A stretch of 30,701 nucleotides of DNA from Vampirovibrionaceae bacterium NZW_1234 (GCA_041697335.1 JBGUGD010000028.1:1-30701); one strand, 5' to 3'; counted from the stretch's first letter, positions 9,387 to 18,685 are shown. A program made the numbers and translations. The notes: generated from the letters alone by a model not told the origin.

Positions 9387-9857
9387 TTAGGCCATGGCCC
9401 CCCACTGAATGCCGGAAAGCGTGCTTCTGGCCGCACTGCTTTGGGCCATGCATTCATAGAAGTGCTGCAAGGTCTTGTTATAGCTGGTGGTGGCCTGCTG
9501 GTAGCCTTCCTGGAACTGGCTGGCCTCCGGCTTGTTCTGGTGTTCATACAGCGCATTCTGGAAGGCGATGCGCTTGCCAAACAGGTTGACCAGATCCCGA
9601 GACGCTTGATCGGCGCTGCCATTGAAGGATGCGACCTTGGAATACATTTCCAGAAGTTTTTGCTGCCGTTCCCATTGACTCTGGGTCATCCCGCTCGGTA
9701 GATTCGGCGAGGAAGCGGCGTCATCCGTCGTCTGTGCGCCCGGACGATCCGGTGTGCCGTTAGCCCCTCGGGCCGTTGAGGCGGTATAGGCGGGGAATAT
9801 ACCCCGTGGCGTTGCCCTGAGACTCGCCAGGTCGATTAACGAACCTGAAACCATCAC
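9387..9857 (-). CDS. Hypothetical protein with disordered N-terminus and helical C-domain, paralogue of 8784..9284
   Basis: AAGGGG RBS upstream; shared motif A(D/N)QAxxxLxxLFxKR...LxxHxNxP...YxxTL. Confidence 0.75.
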   Translation of the reverse strand: MMVSGSLIDLASLRATPRGIFPAYTASTARGANGTPDRPGAQTTDDAASSPNLPSGMTQSQWERQQKLLEMYSKVASFNGSADQASRDLVNLFGKRIAFQNALYEHQNKPEASQFQEGYQQATTSYNKTLQHFYECMAQSSAARSTLSGIQWGAMA

Positions 9858-10109
9858 TTTATCCCCTTATCGCTCTGAACCAAACTAAATGAATAAGAAC
9901 ATCTCTATATAGGTATAAAACCCATTTTTTGAGGCTTTTTGATATGTCAAAAATAAGGATATGATTAAGATTGAGCCGTTTTTAATGTTCTAAAAACAGT
10001 CATAGCTTATGTTTCTTTAGTTTTTTAAATCAATAATCTGATTTCGAGCGGGTTTTAGGTGAAATTTTAAAAGCCCGGATCCGGTCAATCGATCCGCCCA
10101 GGGAGGGGG

Positions 10110-11486
10110 CTACATCTGAACGCCGCGCATCATGTCTTTGAGGGTTTCCAGGGTGGTTTCCATGTTCACGATGTCTTTGACGGACTGGCGCAGGAACTTG
10201 TTGATTTCGGGCATCATCTGGAGGGCCAGGTCGATTTTCGGGTTGCTGCCCGGCTCGTAGGCGCCCACGTCAATCAGATCTTTGGCGTCTTTGTAGACGG
10301 CGAGCAACTCCCGCATTTTTCCGGCAGCTTCAATGTGTTCCCTGTCGGCAATTTCCGTAAACAAACGGCTGACGCTGCCCAGAATGTCAATGGCCGGGAA
10401 GTGGTTCTGGGCCGCAACTTTTCGGGACAGGAAGATGTGGCCGTCAATAATCCCCCGGACCGTATCGACGACGGGGTCGTTGATGTCGTCGCCTTCTACC
10501 AGAACGGTATAGAGCGCCGTAATGGAACCCTTGTTGGTGACACCGGTGCGCTCCAGTACTTTTTGCAGCCAGGAGAAAATCGAGGGCGGGTAGCCTTTCA
10601 TGGTGGGCGGCTCCCCGATGGATAGGCCCACCTCGCGACCGGACATGGCACACCGGGTCACGGTGTCCGTCATCATAAAGACCTTTTTGCCCTGATCCCG
10701 GAAGTATTCGGCAATGGCTGTGGCGCTTTGCAAAGTTTTCATCCTGAGCAAAGGCGGTTGGTCCCCGGTCGCGCAGACCAGCACCGAGCGCTTCATCCCT
10801 TCCTCGCCCAGGGCGTGCTCCATAAATTCCTTGACCTCACGGCCGCGTTCTCCGATGAGGGCCACCACGTTGATGTCGGCTTCCGAGTTACGGGCAATCA
10901 TCCCCATCATGGTCGACTTCCCTACACCGCTACCGGCAAAGAGGCCCATGCGTTGACCCGCCCCCATGGTCAGGAGCGAATCCACGGCCCGAACGCCGGT
11001 GGAAAACTTGTTGCTGATAATGGGGCGATCCAAGGGATCCGGCGGGGGGGAGTCCACGTTGACCCAGGTGGCACCCACGGGCTCGATGGGGCGGCCATCC
11101 ATGGGGTCGCCCAGGGGCGTGATGAGTCGGCCAATGAGGAAGTCGCCCACGGGAAACATAATGGGGCCGCCGGTGGTGGTGACCCAACTGCCCTGGGAAA
11201 TTCCGGCCCCGTCGTACAGCAGGAGCATCTGGGCTACATCGCCCTTGAAGGCCACGACTTCCGCCGCCTTGGGCGGGCCGTCCTTCGTTTCGATAAAGCA
11301 CAGGTCCCCGATTTTCAGCTGGGGCAGGTAGGCTTCTACCGTCAGGCCCATCAGTTTCGACACCCGGCCCTTGTATTTGCAGAAGTCTTCCTTGGCCAGA
11401 ATTTCAGAAATCCGGTCCTGGGTCGCAACCAGCTTGTCCTCCGGGATGAGGCATTGTTTTTCGGATTGGGGGTCGTGAATGGCCAT
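10110..11486 (-). CDS. fliI: Flagellar/T3SS export ATPase
   Basis: FAGSGVGKS Walker A, LIGERGREV, GEPPTMKGYPPS, DGHIFLSR, HFPAID. Confidence 0.95.
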   Translation of the reverse strand: MAIHDPQSEKQCLIPEDKLVATQDRISEILAKEDFCKYKGRVSKLMGLTVEAYLPQLKIGDLCFIETKDGPPKAAEVVAFKGDVAQMLLLYDGAGISQGSWVTTTGGPIMFPVGDFLIGRLITPLGDPMDGRPIEPVGATWVNVDSPPPDPLDRPIISNKFSTGVRAVDSLLTMGAGQRMGLFAGSGVGKSTMMGMIARNSEADINVVALIGERGREVKEFMEHALGEEGMKRSVLVCATGDQPPLLRMKTLQSATAIAEYFRDQGKKVFMMTDTVTRCAMSGREVGLSIGEPPTMKGYPPSIFSWLQKVLERTGVTNKGSITALYTVLVEGDDINDPVVDTVRGIIDGHIFLSRKVAAQNHFPAIDILGSVSRLFTEIADREHIEAAGKMRELLAVYKDAKDLIDVGAYEPGSNPKIDLALQMMPEINKFLRQSVKDIVNMETTLETLKDMMRGVQM

Positions 11487-11500
11487 AGGGGGCTTACCTC

Positions 11501-13612
11501 TTAGACGTATTCGTCGGCAAATTCGTTGTTACCAATGGTGCCCACGGCTTGTACCTGGATGTCCGGTATCAGTTCGCTGTAGGAAATGACCGTCACCATG
11601 GGGATGTGGCGATCCAGGAGCTGATAGAGCGGCAGGCGAATCCGGGGGGAACACAGGATGACCGGCATGCGGCCATAATTCTGCTGAATTTCCGTCAGTG
11701 TGGAGACGGTGCCTTCAATAAGTTCCTGGACCTGGAGCGGGTTCAACAGGAACATGGTGCCCAATTCGGTGCGCTGGCACGAATCATCCAGCATGCGCTC
11801 CCAATCGTTGGACAGGGTGACGGCGTACATGGTCTTGCTGGGGTCGCTATGGGCAATACAGATTTGGCGGCCCAAAGACGCCCGCAAGCGTTCGGACAGC
11901 ACATCGGGCTCCTTGCTGTAGCGGGCAAAGTCGGACAGACGCTCGAAGATGAAAAGCACGTCCTTGATGGAGACTTTTTCGCGCACCAGGTTGACGAAGA
12001 TCTTGCGCAGATCGTTGGGGGTCAGAATGGCCGGGATCATCTCCTGCACCAGGCTGGGATCCTGCTGTTTGACAAGCTCCATCAGCTTGAGGACATCCAT
12101 TTTGGTCATGATCTCGTCGACGTGTTTCACGACGATCTCCTGCAGGTGGGCAATGATGGCGTCGGTTGCATCGATAGCGTTGTTCTGAAGCTCCGGCGGG
12201 CATTGCTGGGCAAAGATCCAGTAGGCGTCCGCACCGTAAGTGGGATCCTGGGCCCGTACCGCATCCTGGGGCGGCATCAGGCCGGAGGCTTCGAAGAGGT
12301 TGGCCAGAATCATGACCCGATCCGGGTAGACCTCGCCGGTGGCCACCGGGTTGTTGCGGATGGAGATCAAGTACTCGTTGTTGCCGATGGACATGCTGTC
12401 CATAATCCGGATGTTGGGCATAATGAAGCCCAGCTCATCGGTCAGTCGGGACCGCAAGCCGGCAATCTTGCCCAGCAGCTGGCCTTCCTGCTCGGGATCG
12501 GCCACCTGCAACAGATCGTTCCCCACCTGGATACTTAAAATATCCACGCCGAGGCGCTCGTACATGCGGTTGGGGTTAATCAGTTCCGACATGTTCTGTT
12601 TAACCTGATCCAACTGGCCCAGCTGTTGTTGCACATCGCGGGTCAGGAACACGCTGACGGCAATGCCCGCCAGGATGGCGGTAAAGACAATAAAGTAGTA
12701 CCAGGGCAAGCCGGTAATAAACGAGGTGGTGGCAATCAAGAATAAAAAGCCTGAAGCAAACAACAAACCATAGGGCTTGTTCTGAATCTGCGACTGCAAG
12801 TCTTTCGCCAAGCTGCCCATGCTCGCCGTGGAACGGGTCATCATAATACCGCTTGAGACCGCCATTAAAAGTGCCGGAACCTGGGAGGCCAAGGCTTCCC
12901 CGATGGTGAGGTTGGTGTACTTGTTGACCGCGGTTCCCACGTCCAGGCCTTTCATCACCACCCCGATGGCCAAGCCCCCGACGATGTTGATGACGGTAAT
13001 AATAATCCCGGCAATGGCGTCCCCTTTTACGAACTTCATAGCACCGTCCATAGACCCGAACAGGGCCGATTCCCGTTGCAGATCCTCCCGGCGGCGGATG
13101 GCTTCATCGGGGGAAATCAGACCGGCGTTAAAGTCGGCGTCAATGGTCATCTGTTTCCCGGGCATCGCGTCCAGGGCGAAACGGGCGCCGACTTCCGCAA
13201 TCCGCTCGGAACCCTTCGTGATAACCAGAAACTGTACGATGGTGATAATGACGAAGATAACAATCCCGACGACCAGGTTCCCCCCGGTAACGAACTTCCC
13301 GAACGCCAGAATGACCTCCCCCGCGTGGCCATGGGCCAGAATCGATCGGGTGGAGGCAATCCCCAGGGCCAGGCGTAACATGGTGCCGACCAGAATAATC
13401 GAGGGAAAGGCCGCAATGTCCAGGGGCTTTTCAACGTAAAGGGCCATCATCAGTAGCACGATGCCCATGGAGATGTTGAAGCTGATGGCCAAGTCGATGA
13501 GCCAGTCCGGCAGGGGCATGATGATGATCATGACCAGGGCCAGCACTAACGCGCCCAGGAATAATTCACTGATGGGCGGTATCGAAAAACTCGATTGTTG
13601 CGGTCCTGCCAT
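11501..13612 (-). CDS. flhA: Flagellar/T3SS export gate protein FlhA (SctV family)
   Basis: Multi-TM N-domain, RFALDAMPGKQM.IDAD, FGSMDGAMKFVKGDAIAG, cytoplasmic domain ending VISYSEL. Confidence 0.96.
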   Translation of the reverse strand: MAGPQQSSFSIPPISELFLGALVLALVMIIIMPLPDWLIDLAISFNISMGIVLLMMALYVEKPLDIAAFPSIILVGTMLRLALGIASTRSILAHGHAGEVILAFGKFVTGGNLVVGIVIFVIITIVQFLVITKGSERIAEVGARFALDAMPGKQMTIDADFNAGLISPDEAIRRREDLQRESALFGSMDGAMKFVKGDAIAGIIITVINIVGGLAIGVVMKGLDVGTAVNKYTNLTIGEALASQVPALLMAVSSGIMMTRSTASMGSLAKDLQSQIQNKPYGLLFASGFLFLIATTSFITGLPWYYFIVFTAILAGIAVSVFLTRDVQQQLGQLDQVKQNMSELINPNRMYERLGVDILSIQVGNDLLQVADPEQEGQLLGKIAGLRSRLTDELGFIMPNIRIMDSMSIGNNEYLISIRNNPVATGEVYPDRVMILANLFEASGLMPPQDAVRAQDPTYGADAYWIFAQQCPPELQNNAIDATDAIIAHLQEIVVKHVDEIMTKMDVLKLMELVKQQDPSLVQEMIPAILTPNDLRKIFVNLVREKVSIKDVLFIFERLSDFARYSKEPDVLSERLRASLGRQICIAHSDPSKTMYAVTLSNDWERMLDDSCQRTELGTMFLLNPLQVQELIEGTVSTLTEIQQNYGRMPVILCSPRIRLPLYQLLDRHIPMVTVISYSELIPDIQVQAVGTIGNNEFADEYV

Positions 13613-13633
13613 TACAGACTTATGTCCTCTCTT

Positions 13634-14374
13634 CTAGGCCTTTCCGGTCTTGATAATGCGGTTCAGCATCTCCAACTGGGTGCTGAAGCGGGCATCAATG
13701 AGGCCGGCCTGGGATTCGATCATACAACTCCCGGGATCCACACTGTTGTCTTCTTCCACGATGATTTGAACATCGTCGGGCAAGTCCGGATCGGTTTTAA
13801 CGGCGGCTTTGGCATACCGATAATCATCCGGGCTTACTTTTACTGTAATCCGTTTTTGCTCGCGGCCAACTTTGCGAATGGTATCGCGCACCATAAACAT
13901 AATCAGCTCTTCATCGCAGGTGACTTCCGTCTTGATAATGCGTTGGGCAATATCAACGGCCATGGCGGCCAGGGCATCGCCCGCCGAGGCCAGGGCCTCT
14001 TCCCGGGCATTGAGGAACCCATGCATGGCGTCCTGAAGCTCGTCCAGCATGGCCTGGGCGCGGTTTAAGCCTTCTTCGAAACCGGCTTGTTCGGCGGCTT
14101 CACGAATGGCAACGGCCTCTTCGTGGGCCCGGGAAATCAGTTCCTGATCTTCGATACGGCGATAACCTTGTCGGCGGTCGTTGCGGCGGCGATCGGCCAG
14201 ACGCCCCAATTCAATGTCTTCCCGGCTGACTTCCTCATAGGGGTCGGCCGGGGGGGCAATGACCGGCTCGGGCATCATGCCCATTTCGGCCATGGCGGCG
14301 CTGGCCGTATGGGACGGGGGGGCTGCCGAGGGTGTTGGCTGTGGCGCCTGGGCGTACTTTTTCTTGATGATCAT
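13634..14374 (-). CDS. fliH: FliH/SctL-family ATPase stator/regulator
   Basis: AxxxGFEEG repeat, ITVKVSPDD, GSCMIESQAGLIDARFSTQL; position in cluster. Confidence 0.88.
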   Translation of the reverse strand: MIIKKKYAQAPQPTPSAAPPSHTASAAMAEMGMMPEPVIAPPADPYEEVSREDIELGRLADRRRNDRRQGYRRIEDQELISRAHEEAVAIREAAEQAGFEEGLNRAQAMLDELQDAMHGFLNAREEALASAGDALAAMAVDIAQRIIKTEVTCDEELIMFMVRDTIRKVGREQKRITVKVSPDDYRYAKAAVKTDPDLPDDVQIIVEEDNSVDPGSCMIESQAGLIDARFSTQLEMLNRIIKTGKA

Positions 14375-15528
14375 GAGGCCACCACCTCATCCGGGAAATT
14401 GCGTTGCAGATACAGGACCAGGCTTTCCTCGACCCCGGGGGGAAGATGATAGGGGTTCAGGCTGCGCTTGCCCGACTGCTGCAAGAACTGGGTAATGTAG
14501 CCCTTGACGAAGGGACGCTCGTTTTGAAACAGTCGTTCGAGGCGGTGTTCCGGCAGATTCTGCAAGACCAGGGCCATGGAAGACGCGTAGGGACTCTTGA
14601 TGGGTGCCTTGGGCTGGCCCATCTTGTCCTTGAAGAGACGCAGGTACTTGGCCACGAGGCCCAAATCCAGGTACTGGGCCATGACCTCCGGATCCCGGAA
14701 CTGGTGGATGATTTGTTGTTCTTCGGGGCCAAAGGCGGCCAGAATCTGCTGTTGCTTGCGGTTGCTGAGGTTGCTGAGCAACAGTCCCACGGCGGCATAC
14801 TTGTGGTGAATCTCGGAAATGCCCTGGTTCGCAGCCGGTGCTGGTGCAGGCATCGGCGCCGGGGCCTCGGCCACCACCGGTTCGGGCTCGGGGGCCTCCA
14901 TGGCGGCTGCCGGCTCTTCGTACACCGGCTCGGGTTCGGGCTCCATTTCGGCAGGCATTTGCGGGACCAGGGGCTCGGGTTCCGGCTCCGGCTGACTGAG
15001 CAGATCGGGCATGACCTGCTCGTCGGTGCGGGTGATGGGGCCGTGCTGTTTCTCGTGTTCACCGACGTAATAAATTAAGGCTTCGACGGCGGTTTGGGAC
15101 AACCAGTTGATAATCTGTTCCTGGGGGATCTGAACATCCGGGGTGTGCTCCTGGCCCAGGGTGGCAACAATCGCTTGCTTGCTCTGTTCAAAAACGTGGT
15201 AGGCCACGTTCTGCATAAACTGCCAGGTTTCCTGGGCGGGCAAGCGTTGCTCATGACTTTTGATGACGGCCGCATTCAACCCTTGCAGGAAGTAGAAGAT
15301 GATTCGCTCCGCACTTTCCGGCGTGTAGGCGATCATCTGGTTGACCCCTTCGGGCTGGACCCCACCCTCTTGCTGGATTTGCTGGGCTGCAATCAAGCCC
15401 ATATTGAAAAACTGGTTGGCCGTATCCTGAATCTGATCTTCCAGGAACCCCTCGGCACGCCAGCTGTCCATCAGGTTCGTAATCTGCTGATGGACGATGG
15501 CTTGAAAATCGATGGATTCGAGGCTCAT
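14371..15528 (-). CDS. Protein in the FliG slot: unknown N-domain, P/E-rich linker, FliG-N-like C-terminal domain
   Basis: Lies between fliF and fliH with an ATGA overlap to fliH; KYAAVGLLLSNLS..QQILAAFGPEE resembles FliG helices by eye; CDS is secure, FliG homology is tentative. Confidence 0.6.
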   Translation of the reverse strand: MSLESIDFQAIVHQQITNLMDSWRAEGFLEDQIQDTANQFFNMGLIAAQQIQQEGGVQPEGVNQMIAYTPESAERIIFYFLQGLNAAVIKSHEQRLPAQETWQFMQNVAYHVFEQSKQAIVATLGQEHTPDVQIPQEQIINWLSQTAVEALIYYVGEHEKQHGPITRTDEQVMPDLLSQPEPEPEPLVPQMPAEMEPEPEPVYEEPAAAMEAPEPEPVVAEAPAPMPAPAPAANQGISEIHHKYAAVGLLLSNLSNRKQQQILAAFGPEEQQIIHQFRDPEVMAQYLDLGLVAKYLRLFKDKMGQPKAPIKSPYASSMALVLQNLPEHRLERLFQNERPFVKGYITQFLQQSGKRSLNPYHLPPGVEESLVLYLQRNFPDEVVAS

Positions 15529-15708
15529 GGGGCACTATCTCTCAGGGTGTTTTCCTAGCTTGGGCAATGGGTGCGGTGGAATAAAACAGGCTCTACATGA
15601 ATGAAACCAGATATTCTGCTGGCTGAGCCCAGTTTTAACAAGAAATTAAGATTTGATGCGGATGATTTCGGCTTCCTCTCTCTTTTTTTCTGTTTCTTTC
15701 TCTCTGGG

Positions 15709-17379
15709 TTAAGATGACTCGATCCAGCTTTTGATTTCCGTGCCCAGCTCTTCATCCATTTCTTCCTCTTCCTCGCCTTTGCGCAGGACGGCTTGCAGCT
15801 CGGTAAGGGTTTGTTTGAGTTCCTGGGCCCCTTCGTTAACATAGGTGGTTTGCTGCTGCGTGGTCAGCTGAGCCAGCTGCTGCTGCTGGGCCTGAATCAT
15901 TTGCTGGGCTTGTTGCTGCGTGGCTTGGATTTGCTGGGCCTGGTTGGTGGCCAGTTCCCGCAATTGCTGAATTTCTTTTTGCTGCTGCTCTACCAGCTGC
16001 GGGGGCACCGTGGGTTTGCTCATCACCCGCATGAGCATCAGGAAGATGATGAAGACCACGCCGCCGCCAATGGCCCACACCCACCAGGGGATCTCGAATT
16101 TGCCATGGGCCCCTTCGCCTTGGAGAATTGGGGTGACGGGCGCGATATCCTCTTTTTTGCCGGTGACCACCATGACGTTTTCCGGTCTGACCAGGGGGCT
16201 TGCTGCACTGGCTACCAGGCTTTGGAAGTCCTCAAGAGTCATGCTGTTGGGGAAGGCCCCATTGTCGACGGTGACGGCCACGGTGATTTCTTCGATCATG
16301 CCGGGGACAAAATCTTCAGTGGTCTGGCGCTTGCCGGTGTTGTATTCCACTTCCTGGCCTCGGCGGTTATAGCCGCGTTGGGAGTTTTGGTTCCCCGAAG
16401 AAGAGGCTTCCACCCCTTCCGGGATAAAGCTGCTGACGGGGCCACCGGCACCGGCACTGCCTTTTTGCTGCGCGCTCAACGATTCCTGGAAGGCCGAGGT
16501 CTTCATGACCGACGAGCGCTGGGGATCGTAGTTCAAGGCCATTTCGGATTTGGGGGCTTCACGCAGGTAGGTCGAAACGGTAGCCACATACTTGTTCGGC
16601 CCCAGCAACCGATCCAACTGCGAGCGGACTTTTTGTTCCATGTAGCGATCGCGCTCTTCGAGTTTGTCCATTAACTCGTCGGTCGGGTCGAGGACGCTGT
16701 TGTAGACATTGCCGTTGGTGTCGCTTAAGGACACATGCTTGGCGTCGAGGTTTTCGATGCTGCCCACCAGCAGGTTGATAATGCTGCGGACTTTGTCCCG
16801 ATTCAACCGCTCACCCGGCGACAGGGTGATTTGAACCGTGGCCGAAGGGGGAACCATGTCACGCTTGAAAATGGTGGGCTCCGGCATGGAAATAAAGACG
16901 GCGGCATCCTGGATGGGGTCAATTTTTCGGATTAATCGAGCCAATTCGCCGTTTCGGGCCCGAACCAGTTTAATCCGCTTTTCTTCTCGGGAGGCGGTTA
17001 AATCGCCTTTGTCAAACATTTCCAGACCCACGTTTTTGTCCATCAGGCCGCTTTGAACCAGGGTCACCAGCGCCCGGTCCCGCTCATCGGTGGTGGCATC
17101 TTCCTGGAAAATTAAGGTATACTTGCCGCCTTCGGCGTCTTCCCGAAGCAGGGAGATTTTTTCACGGGCCATCAAGGCCTGGATTTCAATGGCTTTCCCG
17201 GCGTTATCTACCGTGGCCAGAACTTTTTCCTTTTCCGTCAGCTTGCGGGCTGTCCCCTCTTTTTTCCCGCCCATGTTCATCATCACCACCACCAGAATAA
17301 TAATGAGCAGCAGAACGCCGCCACCGATAATGGCCAGCATTTTTTTATCCTGCATAATTGCTTGTAACTGTGGGGGCAT
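15709..17379 (-). CDS. fliF: MS-ring protein FliF (divergent)
   Basis: N-terminal TM, GLEMFDKG, GELARLI, PSATVQI, VSLSDTNGNV, C-terminal TM and terminal IKSWIE; GAGGA RBS before ATG 17379 (ORF track start 17421). Confidence 0.9.
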   Translation of the reverse strand: MPPQLQAIMQDKKMLAIIGGGVLLLIIILVVVMMNMGGKKEGTARKLTEKEKVLATVDNAGKAIEIQALMAREKISLLREDAEGGKYTLIFQEDATTDERDRALVTLVQSGLMDKNVGLEMFDKGDLTASREEKRIKLVRARNGELARLIRKIDPIQDAAVFISMPEPTIFKRDMVPPSATVQITLSPGERLNRDKVRSIINLLVGSIENLDAKHVSLSDTNGNVYNSVLDPTDELMDKLEERDRYMEQKVRSQLDRLLGPNKYVATVSTYLREAPKSEMALNYDPQRSSVMKTSAFQESLSAQQKGSAGAGGPVSSFIPEGVEASSSGNQNSQRGYNRRGQEVEYNTGKRQTTEDFVPGMIEEITVAVTVDNGAFPNSMTLEDFQSLVASAASPLVRPENVMVVTGKKEDIAPVTPILQGEGAHGKFEIPWWVWAIGGGVVFIIFLMLMRVMSKPTVPPQLVEQQQKEIQQLRELATNQAQQIQATQQQAQQMIQAQQQQLAQLTTQQQTTYVNEGAQELKQTLTELQAVLRKGEEEEEMDEELGTEIKSWIESS

Positions 17380-17547
17380 AGCTATCCTCTTCTCATGGGT
17401 GGTTTCACCCACGTCTATCATAGAGGGTGTGGGGGAAAACCTGATCCTTTAAATAATCGAACTTCGTCTAGCTTTAGTGTCGGTGGATTTGGCAGAAATG
17501 CAACATGCACTTTGCCTGGACCGCTGCCGTGCAACTTCGGGGAGAGC

Positions 17548-17579
17548 AAAAAAAATGCCTGTCGTTTTGGGCGACAGGC
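17548..17579 (-). terminator. Rho-independent terminator after fliE
   Basis: 8-bp stem GCCTGTCG/CGACAGGC with 7-nt loop, followed by A then T8 on the minus strand. Confidence 0.8.
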
Positions 17580-17676
17580 GAATGTTCATGAATGAACACA
17601 CATTGCCTAAGTTGTTGTGAAGTAAAGCGGAATGCTTCTCTGAAGCAACTGACGCAAAACGGATTTGCGCAGCGGA

Positions 17677-18009
17677 TTAAACCTGGATTTGCTGGACGCG
17701 TTCGTAAGCTTGAATGACCTTGGTGGCAACCTGGGACACGATGTTGATGGCAATGTCGGCCTTGGTGTTGGCAATCATGACTTCGTGAATGTCAACATCC
17801 CCGGTGGTCATAGCACGTTCCATCAGCTCATCGGGTTGGGTGAGGGTTTTGTTGGTGTCTTCAACCATGTTGACCATCATGTTTTTAAACGAGGGTTTAT
17901 GGGCCGAGGTATTAAACGTTTCGCTTGCGGATGTGGGCGGAAAGGCCATGCCGACTTTGAAGTTGTTTGCGGCGCGGCTGAAGGGGTTAATGCCTTGTAT
18001 GGGGTTCAT
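17677..18009 (-). CDS. fliE: Hook-basal body protein FliE
   Basis: PSFKNMM, TGDVDIHEVMIA, KVIQAYERVQQIQV C-terminus. Confidence 0.92.
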   Translation of the reverse strand: MNPIQGINPFSRAANNFKVGMAFPPTSASETFNTSAHKPSFKNMMVNMVEDTNKTLTQPDELMERAMTTGDVDIHEVMIANTKADIAINIVSQVATKVIQAYERVQQIQV

Positions 18010-18040
18010 CAGAGAAGTCTCCTTTTTCGTTCACAAGTGC

Positions 18041-18655
18041 TTAGGCGTTTCGGCTGCTTAAATAGGCGGCCAGGATTTTTCGGACATAGTTTTGGGTTTC
18101 CTTGTAGGGCGGAATGCCGTTGTATTTGTCAACAGCACCGCCTCCGGCGTTGTAGGCGGCCAGGGCCAAGGCAATGTTGCCGTTGTATTTGGCCATCAGG
18201 CCGGATAAAAACTTCACGCCCCCGGCGATGTTTTGCTCGGGATCGAATGAGTTTTCCACACCCAGGCCTTTGGCCGTGGCTGGCATGAGTTGCATCAATC
18301 CGCGAGCCCCGCAGTGGGAAACGGCATTGGGGTTAAAGCCGGATTCCTGACGAATCACTGCCGTGACCAGTGCCGGGTCGATGCCGTATTGTTGGGCGTA
18401 TTTTTCGATTAACGGTTGAAACTGTTCCTGATTCAGACGGGTCGTTTGACTCAAGGGCTGGAGTTTGGGCGGTGGGGTTGTATTTCCGAGATAGGCCTTG
18501 AAGGAATCGGGCTGCAGTGTGGCATTATTCTCGGAACGCTGTTTTTGGCTTTCCAGGGCTTCAATCATGGATTCCAGTTTTTGAACCCGGCTTGAAATGT
18601 CGTTGATGCCTGAGCCGGCTGAAAAACGAGTAAAGGAAACACTGGTATTGAACAT
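18041..18655 (-). CDS. Lytic transglycosylase (SLT domain) associated with the rod genes
   Basis: AVIRQESGFNPNAVS..GARGLMQLMP, ALAAYNAG, PPYKETQNYV; no signal peptide. Confidence 0.93.
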   Translation of the reverse strand: MFNTSVSFTRFSAGSGINDISSRVQKLESMIEALESQKQRSENNATLQPDSFKAYLGNTTPPPKLQPLSQTTRLNQEQFQPLIEKYAQQYGIDPALVTAVIRQESGFNPNAVSHCGARGLMQLMPATAKGLGVENSFDPEQNIAGGVKFLSGLMAKYNGNIALALAAYNAGGGAVDKYNGIPPYKETQNYVRKILAAYLSSRNA

Positions 18656-18685
18656 GGGATTGACGAACTCCTAACCTAAGTCGGA

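Noticed and set aside
16645..16652. Cyanobacterial HIP1 octamer GCGATCGC
   Set aside because: Only an isolated occurrence noticed; no enrichment.
2618..17452. Long antisense ORFs (e.g. 2618..3487, 5327..6277, 6355..7209, 11549..12538, 15793..16674)
   Set aside because: Shadow frames opposite well-supported GC-rich genes, with no motifs of their own.
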